Origin: an uncultured Alphaproteobacteria bacterium
GTDB taxonomy: Bacteria; Pseudomonadota; Alphaproteobacteria; Rhizobiales; Xanthobacteraceae
Length of the DNA stretch: 64,000 nucleotides
Reading direction: 5' to 3'
Assembly (NCBI GenBank): GCA_963695665.1
Contig: CAVOHL010000012.1
Span: 16,966 to 80,965, forward strand
The position numbers and the translations under genes were made by a program. The notes under the pieces were generated by a model. The model saw only the letters and a list, made by a program, of their open reading frames with translations, searched no databases and had not been told where the DNA came from. The stretch's first letter is position 1; every line of letters starts with the position of its first letter. Shown piece after piece: positions 52,556 through 61,480 of the stretch.

Positions 52556-53307
52556 ATGACCGACGAATTATTCTCACTGCGGGTGGTCGTGGCGTCCGCT
52601 TCGAAGGACGATCGCGACCTGTTGCGGCACGCGGCGGCGGCCGCGAAGGTGCCGATCGAGATTATCGAGGCGGAGGACGGAGCCTCGGCCTGCGGCGTCG
52701 CTCCTGCGCGCTGTCGATCTCGTCTTCCTCGATGCCGCGCTCGGGGCGGATGAGGTCGCGCGCGTGGCCGCAGCGGCTCGCGCCGCACCGAAGCCGCCCT
52801 TCACCGTGCTGCTGGCTCCGCCGCGCTCCGGCGTGCCGTTCGAGACCGATGCGCTCGCCGTCAAGCCCACGGATATCGAAGAAGCAAAACGCCTGGTGAA
52901 TGGCGCGATCCGCATCCGGCAGCCGAGCCGCGTCCTCGTGGTGGACGATTCCTCGACCATGCGCTCGATCGTGCGCAAGACCCTGGCGGCGACGCGCTTT
53001 CCGCTCGATGTGACCGAAGCCGCGCAGGGCCTCGAGCGATCGAGCTCGCTCGCACCGCCGCGTTCGACATCGTCCTGGTCGATTACAACATGCCCGATTT
53101 CAACGGCCTGGAAACCATAGCCGAGTTTCGCCGCGAGAAGCGAGCGCGTGACCTTCGTATTGATAACCTCGACGCAGGATCAGGCGCTCGCCGATCGCGC
53201 GCGCGCAGGGGGTCGCCTTTCTCAAGAAGCCGTTCTTCCCCGCCGACATCGAGGCGGTGCTGTGCGGCTTCTACGGACTGCGGGCGCTCAGTCCCAGGCG
53301 GGCGTGA
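52556..53307 (+). CDS. response regulator with a divergent receiver-like domain plus a canonical receiver domain, no output domain (about 4 frame changes)
   Basis: The second half RVLVVDDSSTMRSIV.. / ..FDIVLVDYNMPDFNGLE.. / ..FVLITSTQD.. / ..VAFLKKPFFPADI.. carries the DD, D, T and K receiver residues. The first half is receiver-like (..VDLVFLDAAL..). ATG 52556 is preceded by GGGAG. Confidence 0.65.
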
Positions 53308-53321
53308 GGGCCGGCGGCCGG

Positions 53322-53582
53322 CTATTGGCGCGACATCTCCACCGAGAATTCGCCGTTGCGGATGCGTGGAGCGAGGTTCTCGGCGTAACGCGCCGCCGCC
53401 TCTTCGCCGTAGGTCGAAATGAGCTCCGCGAGCGCGAGGAACAGCGCGGTCTGCGCCAGGCAATCGCCGTCGATGCCGTCGTGATGCGCTTCCGCCCAGG
53501 CCTCCTGCAGATAGCCGAGCGCCAGCCGCTTCTGCTCGTGATCCGCTACGGCCTCGCGAGCCGCGACAATCTGCGTCGTCAT
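53322..53582 (-). CDS. small hypothetical protein
   Basis: ORF 53322..53645 with an internal ATG at 53582 (MTTQIVAAREAV...). No family recognised. Its coding status rests only on ORF length and non-repetitive composition. Confidence 0.35.
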   Translation of the reverse strand: MTTQIVAAREAVADHEQKRLALGYLQEAWAEAHHDGIDGDCLAQTALFLALAELISTYGEEAAARYAENLAPRIRNGEFSVEMSRQ

Positions 53583-53702
53583 TTTCCCGCAATCATATTG
53601 TCGCCACGGCGTGGCAATGGTCCCCGTCCGCGAGCAAGCTAGCATGACGACCGGCGCGGCTAAGTCGAACCTTGAGGCAGGGTTAATGCGCCGGCCTCGG
53701 CT

Positions 53703-54158
53703 TCAATTGGCGTAGCGGGCGGTGATTTCGCGGGCGATCCTGGCGCCCTCTTGCAGATAGCGGCGGATGGCGAAATCGGCCGCCGGCGTGCAGCTGCGGT
53801 AGCTCTGCTGGAAGGCGCGATAGCCGCGGTTGAAGCTCGCCACCATCTGCTCGTGGCGCTCGCCGGCGGGCGCTTCCGCATCGATCAGCGCCTGCGCCTC
53901 GCTGCGCCACTTCTGCCCCTCATTCGAGCCGCAGATGCCGCGCAGGAAATGCAGCGCGCCGAGGATCTCGGAGAGCCGCTGCAGGTCGCGGTCATAGGGC
54001 GCCGTCGCCGGTCTGCGGCGGGAGCGGCGGCGCGCGGTCGGCGGTTGCGCCTGAGGCTGGCTCCTGGGCGGAGCCGGCGGCTGCCCCGGAATCTGCGCGC
54101 GAGCGCCCGCCGCGCCGAGGCAGACCGAGAGCAACAGAGCGATCAAAATTCGAGGCAT
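53703..54158 (-). CDS. TIGR02301-like periplasmic protein
   Basis: MPRILIALLLSVCLGAAGARA signal peptide, then ..LSEILGALHFLRGICGSNEGQKWRSEAQALIDAE..FNRGYRAFQQSYRSCTPAA.. Lies in the same frame as the upstream NUDIX gene with no stop between them. Confidence 0.6.
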   Translation of the reverse strand: MPRILIALLLSVCLGAAGARAQIPGQPPAPPRSQPQAQPPTARRRSRRRPATAPYDRDLQRLSEILGALHFLRGICGSNEGQKWRSEAQALIDAEAPAGERHEQMVASFNRGYRAFQQSYRSCTPAADFAIRRYLQEGARIAREITARYAN

Positions 54159-54692
54159 GGGCGTGGGCGCAGGATAGCGGTCGAGCGGACCGAACGCCAA
54201 GCGCGACGCTGCGGCATGGTTGCGGCGATTTTGCTTCAAAGCGGCGCCGGCGAGCCGTTCGCCGGCCGCCGCGACGATATTCGCCAGCCCTTCGGTCGTC
54301 GTCAGCCCGGAAAGCTCGGAGGGAAGAAGCCAGCGCGCCTCGGCCAATTCCTCGTTGAGCGCGACCTCGCCGGCAACCCACCGGGCGGCGAACGGCAGAA
54401 TGACGAAATGCCGCTCGATCCGTCCGGCGCCGTCGCGTAGGAGCGCCTCGCGATAGCCGGCAAGCGCCACCGGCGCGATGGTGAGCGCGGTCTCCTCGCG
54501 GACCTCGCGGACCACCGCCTCGACGAGCGTTTCGCCGATTTCGACCACGCCGCCGGGCAGCGTATAGAGGCCCTGCGCCGGCGGCCGGGCGCGGCGCACG
54601 ATCAGCACGCGGCCGTCGCGGAAGATGGCGGCGCTGACCGCGAGGTAAGGCCGCGTCGGGTAACGTCGCGCTTCGGCACTGTCGTTCGGCAA
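54159..54692 (-). CDS. NUDIX hydrolase (no stop codon before the next gene's ATG)
   Basis: Nudix box GGVVEIGETLVEAVVREVREETAL. The conserved part ends around ..ANIVAAAGERLAGAA (about 54240). Confidence 0.75.
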
Positions 54693-54767
54693 AGGCCGAT
54701 CCTATCTTGGCTATGATCGGCAGGGCGGGCGATCGTCCCCGCCGGCTAGCGGATCAGGTTTATCTCA

Positions 54768-55512
54768 ATGTGCGGACGCTATGTCATCAGCTCGTCGCCG
54801 GAAGCGATCCGGGCGACGTTCGGCTATGGCGAGCGGCCGAATTTTCCGCCCCGCTACAATGTGGCGCCGACGCAGCCGGTTCCGGTCGTGCGGATGGTCG
54901 AGGGCAAGCGCTCGTTCGCGCTGATGCGCTGGGGATTTGTTCCCGGCTGGGTGAAGGACCCGAAGACGGTCTCGCTGATGATCAACGCGCGCGGCGAATC
55001 GGTCAACGACAAGCCGGCATTCCGCAACGCCATGCGCCGGCGGCGCTGCCTCGTCCCCGCCGACGGCTTCTACGATTGGCGGCCGGGCGCGCCGCAGCGC
55101 CCGTATTTCGTGCGGGCAAAGTCCGGCGCGCCGCTCGCCTTCGCCGGGCTGTGGGAGACCTGGACCGGCCCGAACGGCGAGGAGGTCGATACCGCCGCGA
55201 TCGTCACCACGCGGGCGAACCGTCTGCTCTCCGCCATTCACGAACGCATGCCGGTGATCGTGGCGCCGGAGGCCTTCGCGCTTTGGCTCGATTGCGCCAA
55301 GGTCGACGCCGCGACCGCCGCCGCGCTGATCGCGCCGGCGCCGGAGGCGCTGCTCGAATGCTACGAGGTCTCGCCGGCGGTGAACCGCGTGGCCAACGAT
55401 TCCGCCGACGCTCATCGCTCCGGCACCCGCCGCGCCGGACCGCGACGCGCAATCGGCAGCCAAAGCGCCGGCCAAGCCGAAGAAGCCGGACGATCAAGCG
55501 TCGCTGTTTTAG
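54768..55512 (+). CDS. SOS response-associated peptidase (SRAP/YedK family); one frame change near 55405
   Basis: MCGRY N-terminus with catalytic Cys2. ..YNVAPTQPVPVV..ALMRWGFVPGW..NARGESV..FRNAMRRRRCLVPADGFYDW.. The shifted tail ..KKPDDQASLF ends at TAG 55510-55512. Confidence 0.85.
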
Positions 55513-56765
55513 CGGCTCACCACGCCGCGCAGCGTGTGCGCGCGCTGCGCTCGCTCGACCGAGGCCTTGACCACCGGGATCTCGTGGTCGGCCAGCGGCT
55601 TCATCCACTGCTTGCGCTTGAGCGCGGCGTCGATGTAGGGCGCGAGCTCGTCCGCCTTGCGCGCCTCGCGCTCGGCCGCTTCGGCCTTGAACTCGGGCAT
55701 CACCTCGGCGGCGAACAGCTCCAGCGACTCGCAGATGTGCTCGTGGCGGTTGCGGCCGGCCTGCTGCAGGAAGATCACCTGGTCGACGCCGCTTTCGCGG
55801 AAGCCCGTGAGGTGCTTGCGCATGTCCTCGGGCGTGCCGATGCCGGACGCGTAGGTCTCGACGCCGCGGGTCGCGTCGATGATCTCCTGCGTGCGATTGC
55901 CGCGCTGGTGAATATAGTCGGCCCAGAGATTGGAGCGGCCGGGCACGGCGTCGTGCGCCACCAGCGCGTTGACGGCATAGCCGAAGAACTCGAAACCCTC
56001 ATGACCGCGGCGGATCGCCTCGGCGCGGTCGCGATGCACCGAGAAGTTCGAGACCATGGCGAGGTTGGCGTTCACCGCATGGCCGAGCGGCACGCAGTCG
56101 TCCGACTTGATGATGCCGTAATAGATCTCGGACCAGTGCCGCGCCTCGTCGGGATCGACGAAGGAGAAGGCCAGCGCGCCGATGCCTATCGGCGCCGCGA
56201 CCTTGATCGTGTCGCGGTTGGTGCAGGCCATCCACATCGGCGGATGCGGCTTCTGCACCGGCTTGGGCAGGACGTTGCGGCAGGGCATCGAGAAATACTG
56301 GCCCTCGTAGCCGGGATAGGGCTCCAGCACCATCATGTTGGCGATCTGCTCGGCGGCATCGAGCGCCATCGCGCGCTTCTCCTTGGCCGGGATGTTGAAG
56401 CCGCCGAGCTCCAGCCGCGTCGCGCCTTCGCCGATGCCGAAGTCGACCCGGCCGTCGGAGATGATGTCGAGCGTCGCCAGGCCCTCCGCGGTGCGCGCCG
56501 GATGGTTGTAGTTGGGGATCACCTGGCGGATGCCGTGGCCGAGGCGGATGATCTTGGTGCGCGCCGCGGCGGCGGCGAGGAACACTTCGGGCGCGGAGGA
56601 ATGGGAGTATTCCTCGAGGAAGTGGTGCTCGACCTCCCAGGCGTAGTCGTAGCCGAGCCGGTCGGCGAGCGCGACCTGGTCGAGCGCCTGGTGGAACAGC
56701 CGGTGCTCGTCGCCCTCGTTCCAGGGCCGCGGCAGCTGCAGCTCGTAGAAGACGCCGAAACGCAT
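55509..56765 (-). CDS. LLM-class (luciferase-like) flavin-dependent oxidoreductase
   Basis: Intact 418-aa ORF. MRFGVFYELQLPRPW..LGYDYAWEVEHHFLEEYSHSSAPEVFLAAAAARTKIIRLGHGI.. is typical of the family. Confidence 0.85.
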   Translation of the reverse strand: MRFGVFYELQLPRPWNEGDEHRLFHQALDQVALADRLGYDYAWEVEHHFLEEYSHSSAPEVFLAAAAARTKIIRLGHGIRQVIPNYNHPARTAEGLATLDIISDGRVDFGIGEGATRLELGGFNIPAKEKRAMALDAAEQIANMMVLEPYPGYEGQYFSMPCRNVLPKPVQKPHPPMWMACTNRDTIKVAAPIGIGALAFSFVDPDEARHWSEIYYGIIKSDDCVPLGHAVNANLAMVSNFSVHRDRAEAIRRGHEGFEFFGYAVNALVAHDAVPGRSNLWADYIHQRGNRTQEIIDATRGVETYASGIGTPEDMRKHLTGFRESGVDQVIFLQQAGRNRHEHICESLELFAAEVMPEFKAEAAEREARKADELAPYIDAALKRKQWMKPLADHEIPVVKASVERAQRAHTLRGVVSR

Positions 56766-56805
56766 GTCCGTCCCCCTGCCTGAATGCTCTTAACCGTTGC
56801 GCTTA

Positions 56806-56876
56806 CGGTTACTCTTGCCCGGTTACTCTTGCCGTTGCTCATACCATACGGTATAATTATAGTCAAAGCGGTATAA
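56806..56876 (+). promoter_or_regulatory. divergent control region: 14-bp tandem repeat, sigma70-like promoter and palindromic operator candidate
   Basis: CGGTTACTCTTGCC x2 perfect (56806-56833). TTGCCG (56829-34), 17-nt spacer, TATAAT (56852-57), reading toward tetR. Palindrome ATACCATACGGTAT (56841-54). CGGTATAA is repeated at 56849 and 56869. Confidence 0.5.
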
Positions 56877-56899
56877 CGCCTCGGGAAGAGCGCAATGCG

Positions 56900-57538
56900 A
56901 TGACAATAGCAGATACGCAAGAGCGCACGCGCGGCGATATCAAAGCCGAGGTCACCAGCCTGAAGCGGCAGCGGATCATGGAGGCCGCGACCAAGCTCTT
57001 CGCCGCGCAAGGCTTTCACGGCACCTCGGTCGACGCCATCGCCGCCGCGCTCGGCGCGACCAAGCCGTTTGTCTATTATCACTTCAAGGACAAAGCCGAG
57101 ATCCTGGCGGCGATCTGCCGGCGCGGCGCCGAGCTGACCTTGAACGCGATCAAGGCGGCGGAGACGGCGCCGGGCACGACCGCCGACCGGCTCGCCTATT
57201 TCTGCCGGAGCATGGCCGAGATCGTCATCGACCACAGTCACTTCCTCGCCGTCTACAATCGCGAGATCCAGAACTTGAGCGACGCGGATCGCCGCAGCAT
57301 CCTGCGCATGCGCACCGAGATCGACCGCCGGGTGGTCGCGTTGATCGAGGTCGGCCGGGCAACCGGAGAGTTCGACGTGGAGGATTTGGCGGTGACCGCC
57401 GTGTCGATCACCATGATGCTGTCCAATCTTTGGATCTGGTATCGCGAGGATCGCACCGGCGCCCGTCCGCATGTGATCGCGACGGTAACGCAGCTATCGC
57501 TGCGCATGGTCGGGGCGAAGACGCCAAAGCCGGCTTAG
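56900..57538 (+). CDS. TetR/AcrR family transcriptional regulator
   Basis: Intact 212-aa ORF. The HTH region ..IMEAATKLFAAQGFHGTSVDAIAAALGATKPFVYYHFKDKAEIL.. is typical TetR. Confidence 0.85.
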   Translation: MTIADTQERTRGDIKAEVTSLKRQRIMEAATKLFAAQGFHGTSVDAIAAALGATKPFVYYHFKDKAEILAAICRRGAELTLNAIKAAETAPGTTADRLAYFCRSMAEIVIDHSHFLAVYNREIQNLSDADRRSILRMRTEIDRRVVALIEVGRATGEFDVEDLAVTAVSITMMLSNLWIWYREDRTGARPHVIATVTQLSLRMVGAKTPKPA

Positions 57539-57569
57539 GCCGGCGGAAGCCGAGAACGGGGAGGGGACG

Positions 57570-58398
57570 ATGGCCGCGCTCGACGGCAGGGTGGCGCTGG
57601 TGACCGGGTCGGGCCGCGGCATCGGCGCCGCGATCGCGCGCAAGCTCGCGGCAAGCGGCGCCAAGGTGGTGGTCAGCGACCTCGACGCCGATCCGGCCGC
57701 CGAGACCGTGGCGGCGATCGCGGCGCAAGGCGGCAGCGCCGTGCCGCTCGTCGGCGATGTCGCCGCGCCCGATTTCGGCGACAAGGCGGTCGCCGCGGCG
57801 CTTAAGGCGTTCGGCGATCTCGACATCATTGTCAACAATGCCGGCTATATCTGGAACAGCGCGATCCACAACATGAGCGACGCGCAGTGGTATGCGATGA
57901 TCGACGTCCACGCCACCGCGCCGTTCCGCATTCTGCGCGCCGCGCAGCCACATTTCCGCGCCGCCGCCAAGCGCGAGGCGGAAGCCGGCACGCCCGAAGC
58001 ACCGCAAGGTCGTCAACATCTCCTCGGTGTCGGGGCTCTACGGCGCGGCGACGCAATTCGCCTATTCGGCGGCAAAGGCGTCGCTGATCGGCGTCACCCG
58101 CACGCTGGCCAAGGAGTGGGGGCGCATGCGCGTCAACGTCAATTGCGTCGCCTTCGGCTATATCGACACCCGGCTGACGCAGCGCTTCGAGGGCTCTCCG
58201 CCGACCATCGACGTCAAGGGCGGACGCTACAAGGTCGGCCTCGATACGCGGATGCTGGACGCGATGACGCCGAGCATCCCGCTCGGCCGCCCGGGCACGC
58301 CGGAAGAAGCGGCCGGCGCGGTTTATCTGTTCTGCATCCCGGAATCCGACTATGTGAGCGGCCAGGTTCTGGTCTGCGACGGCGGACCGCGCCTGTAG
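57570..58398 (+). CDS. SDR family oxidoreductase (one frame change near 58000)
   Basis: GRVALVTGSGRGIGAAIA (TGxxxGxG) and NNAG, joined to ..NISSVSGLYGAATQFAYSAAKASLIG.. (YxxxK). Confidence 0.8.
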
Positions 58399-58586
58399 GA
58401 TGGTTTGCCGGGCGCGGCCTTGAGCGCGCCTGGGCGCAGCCTTGGCCAATGGCCGGCTGGCCGCAAAATCGCCGTTATGCCCGCTGACTGATCCTGGCGG
58501 ATTCGGTATCCTGCAATGCGGCCCCGGCGGCGTGGAGCGAAGGAAGCTCGGGGCGTACCAATGCGGGGACTTGAGAGGGGACTCAA

Positions 58587-60620
58587 TTGTTTCCAGCACG
58601 CCAGTTTGCTGCTGCGGCGACGGCATTGTCGCTGATCGCAGGCGCATTTTTCGTCTTCCTCTTCTCCGCCGCGGACGCGCTGGCCGAAGGCTCACCGGGC
58701 GGCTGCGAAGACGCGGCCGAGCTCGCGGTCCTGTCCTCGCCGGTCGCGCCGTGGAAGGGCGCGCCCTTGCGCGTCGTCTTCGCCGCGGAGAAGCCGTTCG
58801 AGGGCGAGCTGTCGCTGATCGCGCCCAATGGAAAGGTCGCGGCGAAATCGCGCGAGCGGCACGGCGGGCCGCCCTATTTCTGGATCGCCGAGGTCGCCTC
58901 GCCGGCGGTGGGGACGTGGCGCGCGACGCTCGCGCGCGACCACGCGCCGGCCGAGTGCAGCACGATCACGCGCGACATCGCCGTGAGCGCCCAGAAGCGG
59001 GGAGGGCCGCAGCGGGTCGAGGGCAGCATCTGGCCGGTGCGCAATACCTGGAACCGCGCCACGGAAACCTTGTTTTCGGTATGGATCGCCAACCTTTTCG
59101 ACGCGCCGCTCGAGGCCGAGCCGTCGTGGAAGGCGTGGCATGAAGTGCTGCGCGACCGCTCGCGCAATTTCCTGTTCAACTATCTGGGTCTCGGCGAAGA
59201 CAACGTGGTCCGGTCCGTCCGCCCCGACTGCGCCGACTTCGTCTACTTCCTGCGCGCCTATTTCGCTTTCAAGATGGGACTGCCGTTCGGGTATTCGAAT
59301 TGCTCGCGCGGCAGCGGCGGCGCGCCGCCGAAGTGCTTTGAGTGGTTCGACATTCTGCATCCCGAGCAGACCCGTCCGGCGCCGCCGCCGGAACAAGCCA
59401 CGGCATCGACCGGCCCCGGGACCGCTCCCGCGGCCACGCCCGGCCCCATCCCCAGCCTGTTGCAGATCTTTTCCCAGCCGGCCGCGCCGGCGACGAACTC
59501 GCCTGGGGCGAACGCGCCGGCGGCGAACCCGCTGGCGCCGAACCCGCCGAAGCCGCTCGGGCTCGTCGGGACGTTCGGCGAATATTTGCGGGCCGTCGGC
59601 GACGTCGTCCATTCCGGATCGGTGCGGTCGTCGGCGAGCGACGACAACACCGATTTCTATACCGTGCCGCTGACCCAGCAGTCGCTGCGTCCGGGGACCG
59701 TGTATGCCGATCCGTACGGGCACGTCCTGATGCTGGTGCAGCGCGTGCCGGAGGCGGACGGCGCGGCGGGCGTCTTCCTCGCCGTCGACGCCGAGCCCGA
59801 CGGGACGGTCACGCGCAAGCGTTTTTGGCGCGGCAATTTCCTGTTCGCGCACGACCCCGCGCTCGGCAGCCCGGGCTTCAAGCGCTTCCGGCCGATCGTG
59901 CGCGAGAACGGCGCGCTGCGGCGGCTGACCAACCGGGAAATCGCCAAGAACCCGAACTACGGCGATTTTTCGCTCGATCAGTCGCAGCTCGGGGTGGAGG
60001 AATTCTACGATCGGATGGACGAGGTGATGTCGCCCGAGCCGCTCGATCCGTTGCGCGCGATGGAGGGGGCGATCACGGCGCTCGAAGAGCAGGTGAAGAC
60101 CCGCGTTATCGCCGTCGAAAACGGGCGAAAGTTCCAGACCGGCGCGCGCGGCGACGCCGACATGCCGAACGGCCCGTCGATCTTCGAGACCACCGGCGCC
60201 TGGGAGAATTTCGCGACGCCGGCGCGCGATTTTCGTCTGTTGATCGCGATCGACGTGGTGCGCGGGTTTCCCGATCGCGTCGCGCGGCGGCCCGAGCGGT
60301 ACGCGATAGCGAACGGCAAGAGCGCGGCGGACGTGAAGGCCGAATTGCAGGGCGTGCTTGCCGCGGAGCTCGCGGCGCGCAAGTTTTCCTATCTGCGCAG
60401 CGACGGGTCGCAGTGGACGCTCTCGCTCAAGGACGTGGTCGACCGCGCCGGCGATCTGGAGATGGCGTACAACCTGAACGACTGCGTCGAGCTGCGCTGG
60501 GGCGCGCCGGAAGAGACCGACGAGGCGTCGACGTGCAAGCGCCATGCGCCGGCGGCGCAGCGCGCGAAGATGACGGAATACCGCACCTGGTTCCGCGAAC
60601 GGCACTGGCCGCACGTTTAG
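58587..60620 (+). CDS. secreted 677-aa protein of unknown function
   Basis: Intact ORF with signal-like MFPARQFAAAATALSLIAGAFFVFLFSAADALA. Internal ~70-aa Pro/Ala-rich segment (about 59358-59562). No family recognised. 10 nt upstream of the M15 peptidase gene. Confidence 0.6.
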   Translation: MFPARQFAAAATALSLIAGAFFVFLFSAADALAEGSPGGCEDAAELAVLSSPVAPWKGAPLRVVFAAEKPFEGELSLIAPNGKVAAKSRERHGGPPYFWIAEVASPAVGTWRATLARDHAPAECSTITRDIAVSAQKRGGPQRVEGSIWPVRNTWNRATETLFSVWIANLFDAPLEAEPSWKAWHEVLRDRSRNFLFNYLGLGEDNVVRSVRPDCADFVYFLRAYFAFKMGLPFGYSNCSRGSGGAPPKCFEWFDILHPEQTRPAPPPEQATASTGPGTAPAATPGPIPSLLQIFSQPAAPATNSPGANAPAANPLAPNPPKPLGLVGTFGEYLRAVGDVVHSGSVRSSASDDNTDFYTVPLTQQSLRPGTVYADPYGHVLMLVQRVPEADGAAGVFLAVDAEPDGTVTRKRFWRGNFLFAHDPALGSPGFKRFRPIVRENGALRRLTNREIAKNPNYGDFSLDQSQLGVEEFYDRMDEVMSPEPLDPLRAMEGAITALEEQVKTRVIAVENGRKFQTGARGDADMPNGPSIFETTGAWENFATPARDFRLLIAIDVVRGFPDRVARRPERYAIANGKSAADVKAELQGVLAAELAARKFSYLRSDGSQWTLSLKDVVDRAGDLEMAYNLNDCVELRWGAPEETDEASTCKRHAPAAQRAKMTEYRTWFRERHWPHV

Positions 60621-60630
60621 CGGCCGGTGC

Positions 60631-61434
60631 ATGCCGAGCGGCGCCGCGAACTGGACTGCGACCAAGGCTGGCCTTGTGGTCGCACTCGCGGTGCTCGCGG
60701 GCGGCGCTCCGCTTCTCGCGCAGGATGATCAGGTCCGCCTGGCGCTCGACAGCCTGGTCGCTGCCTACCCCTCCGCGCTCGCCGGACATGATGGCAAGGC
60801 GCTGCGTTGGCGCGATGGCACGGTCATGCCGGTATCCGACGGCGCCGATGACAAGACGTTCCCGGAGCTTCTGCGGCACGCTTCCATCATCGATCAGTTT
60901 CGCATCCCGTATCCGCGCGGCCCGCTCGCAAGGCCGCCGGCCGTCGATGCCGATCCGGGCCGGTTCCGCAACGCCGCCTTCTTCAAGAAAATGTACGGCG
61001 ACTGCCAGATGGGCGAGGTGTCGCCGCGCCTTGCTTCGCTTGACTGGCTTCCCAAGGCCTGGGGCAAACCGATCCGCTTCACGTCCGTGAACGACGCCGA
61101 CCAGCATTTGCGCGCCGTGTCGGCGGAGATCGACGCGCTGCCGGAAAAAATCAAACGCGCCGCCTATCCGATCGCCGGCACCTACAATTGCCGGGCCGTG
61201 GCCGACACCGGCCAGCCGTCGCCGCACGGCTACGGCATCGCCATCGATCTCAACACCGCCGTCTCGGATTATTGGTACTGGCGGCCGCATGACGGCCCGA
61301 TCCTTTATCGCAACCGCATGCCCGAGGAGATCGTGGCGATCTTCGAGAAGCACGGCTTCATTTGGGGCGGGAAGTGGTATCACTTCGATACCATGCACTT
61401 CGAATTTCGGCCCGAGCTCTTGCTCGCCCGGTGA
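60631..61434 (+). CDS. M15 family zinc metallopeptidase (D-Ala-D-Ala carboxypeptidase/VanY-like fold)
   Basis: Intact 267-aa ORF with a signal peptide. The zinc-ligand pattern is ..PSPHGYGIAIDLN.. and ..FIWGGKWYHFDTMHFEF.. Confidence 0.75.
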   Translation: MPSGAANWTATKAGLVVALAVLAGGAPLLAQDDQVRLALDSLVAAYPSALAGHDGKALRWRDGTVMPVSDGADDKTFPELLRHASIIDQFRIPYPRGPLARPPAVDADPGRFRNAAFFKKMYGDCQMGEVSPRLASLDWLPKAWGKPIRFTSVNDADQHLRAVSAEIDALPEKIKRAAYPIAGTYNCRAVADTGQPSPHGYGIAIDLNTAVSDYWYWRPHDGPILYRNRMPEEIVAIFEKHGFIWGGKWYHFDTMHFEFRPELLLAR

Positions 61435-61480
61435 AAGCATTCCTCTCCCGGCGACGCATCGCGCTTGAACGCGCGCGCCG

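Noticed and set aside
54768-56783. A 671-aa plus-strand ORF suggesting a very large SRAP-domain protein.
   Set aside because: Only the first ~215 residues match SRAP. After a frame slip near 55405 the true tail ends at TAG 55510-55512. The rest of the ORF is antisense to the intact LLM oxidoreductase gene.
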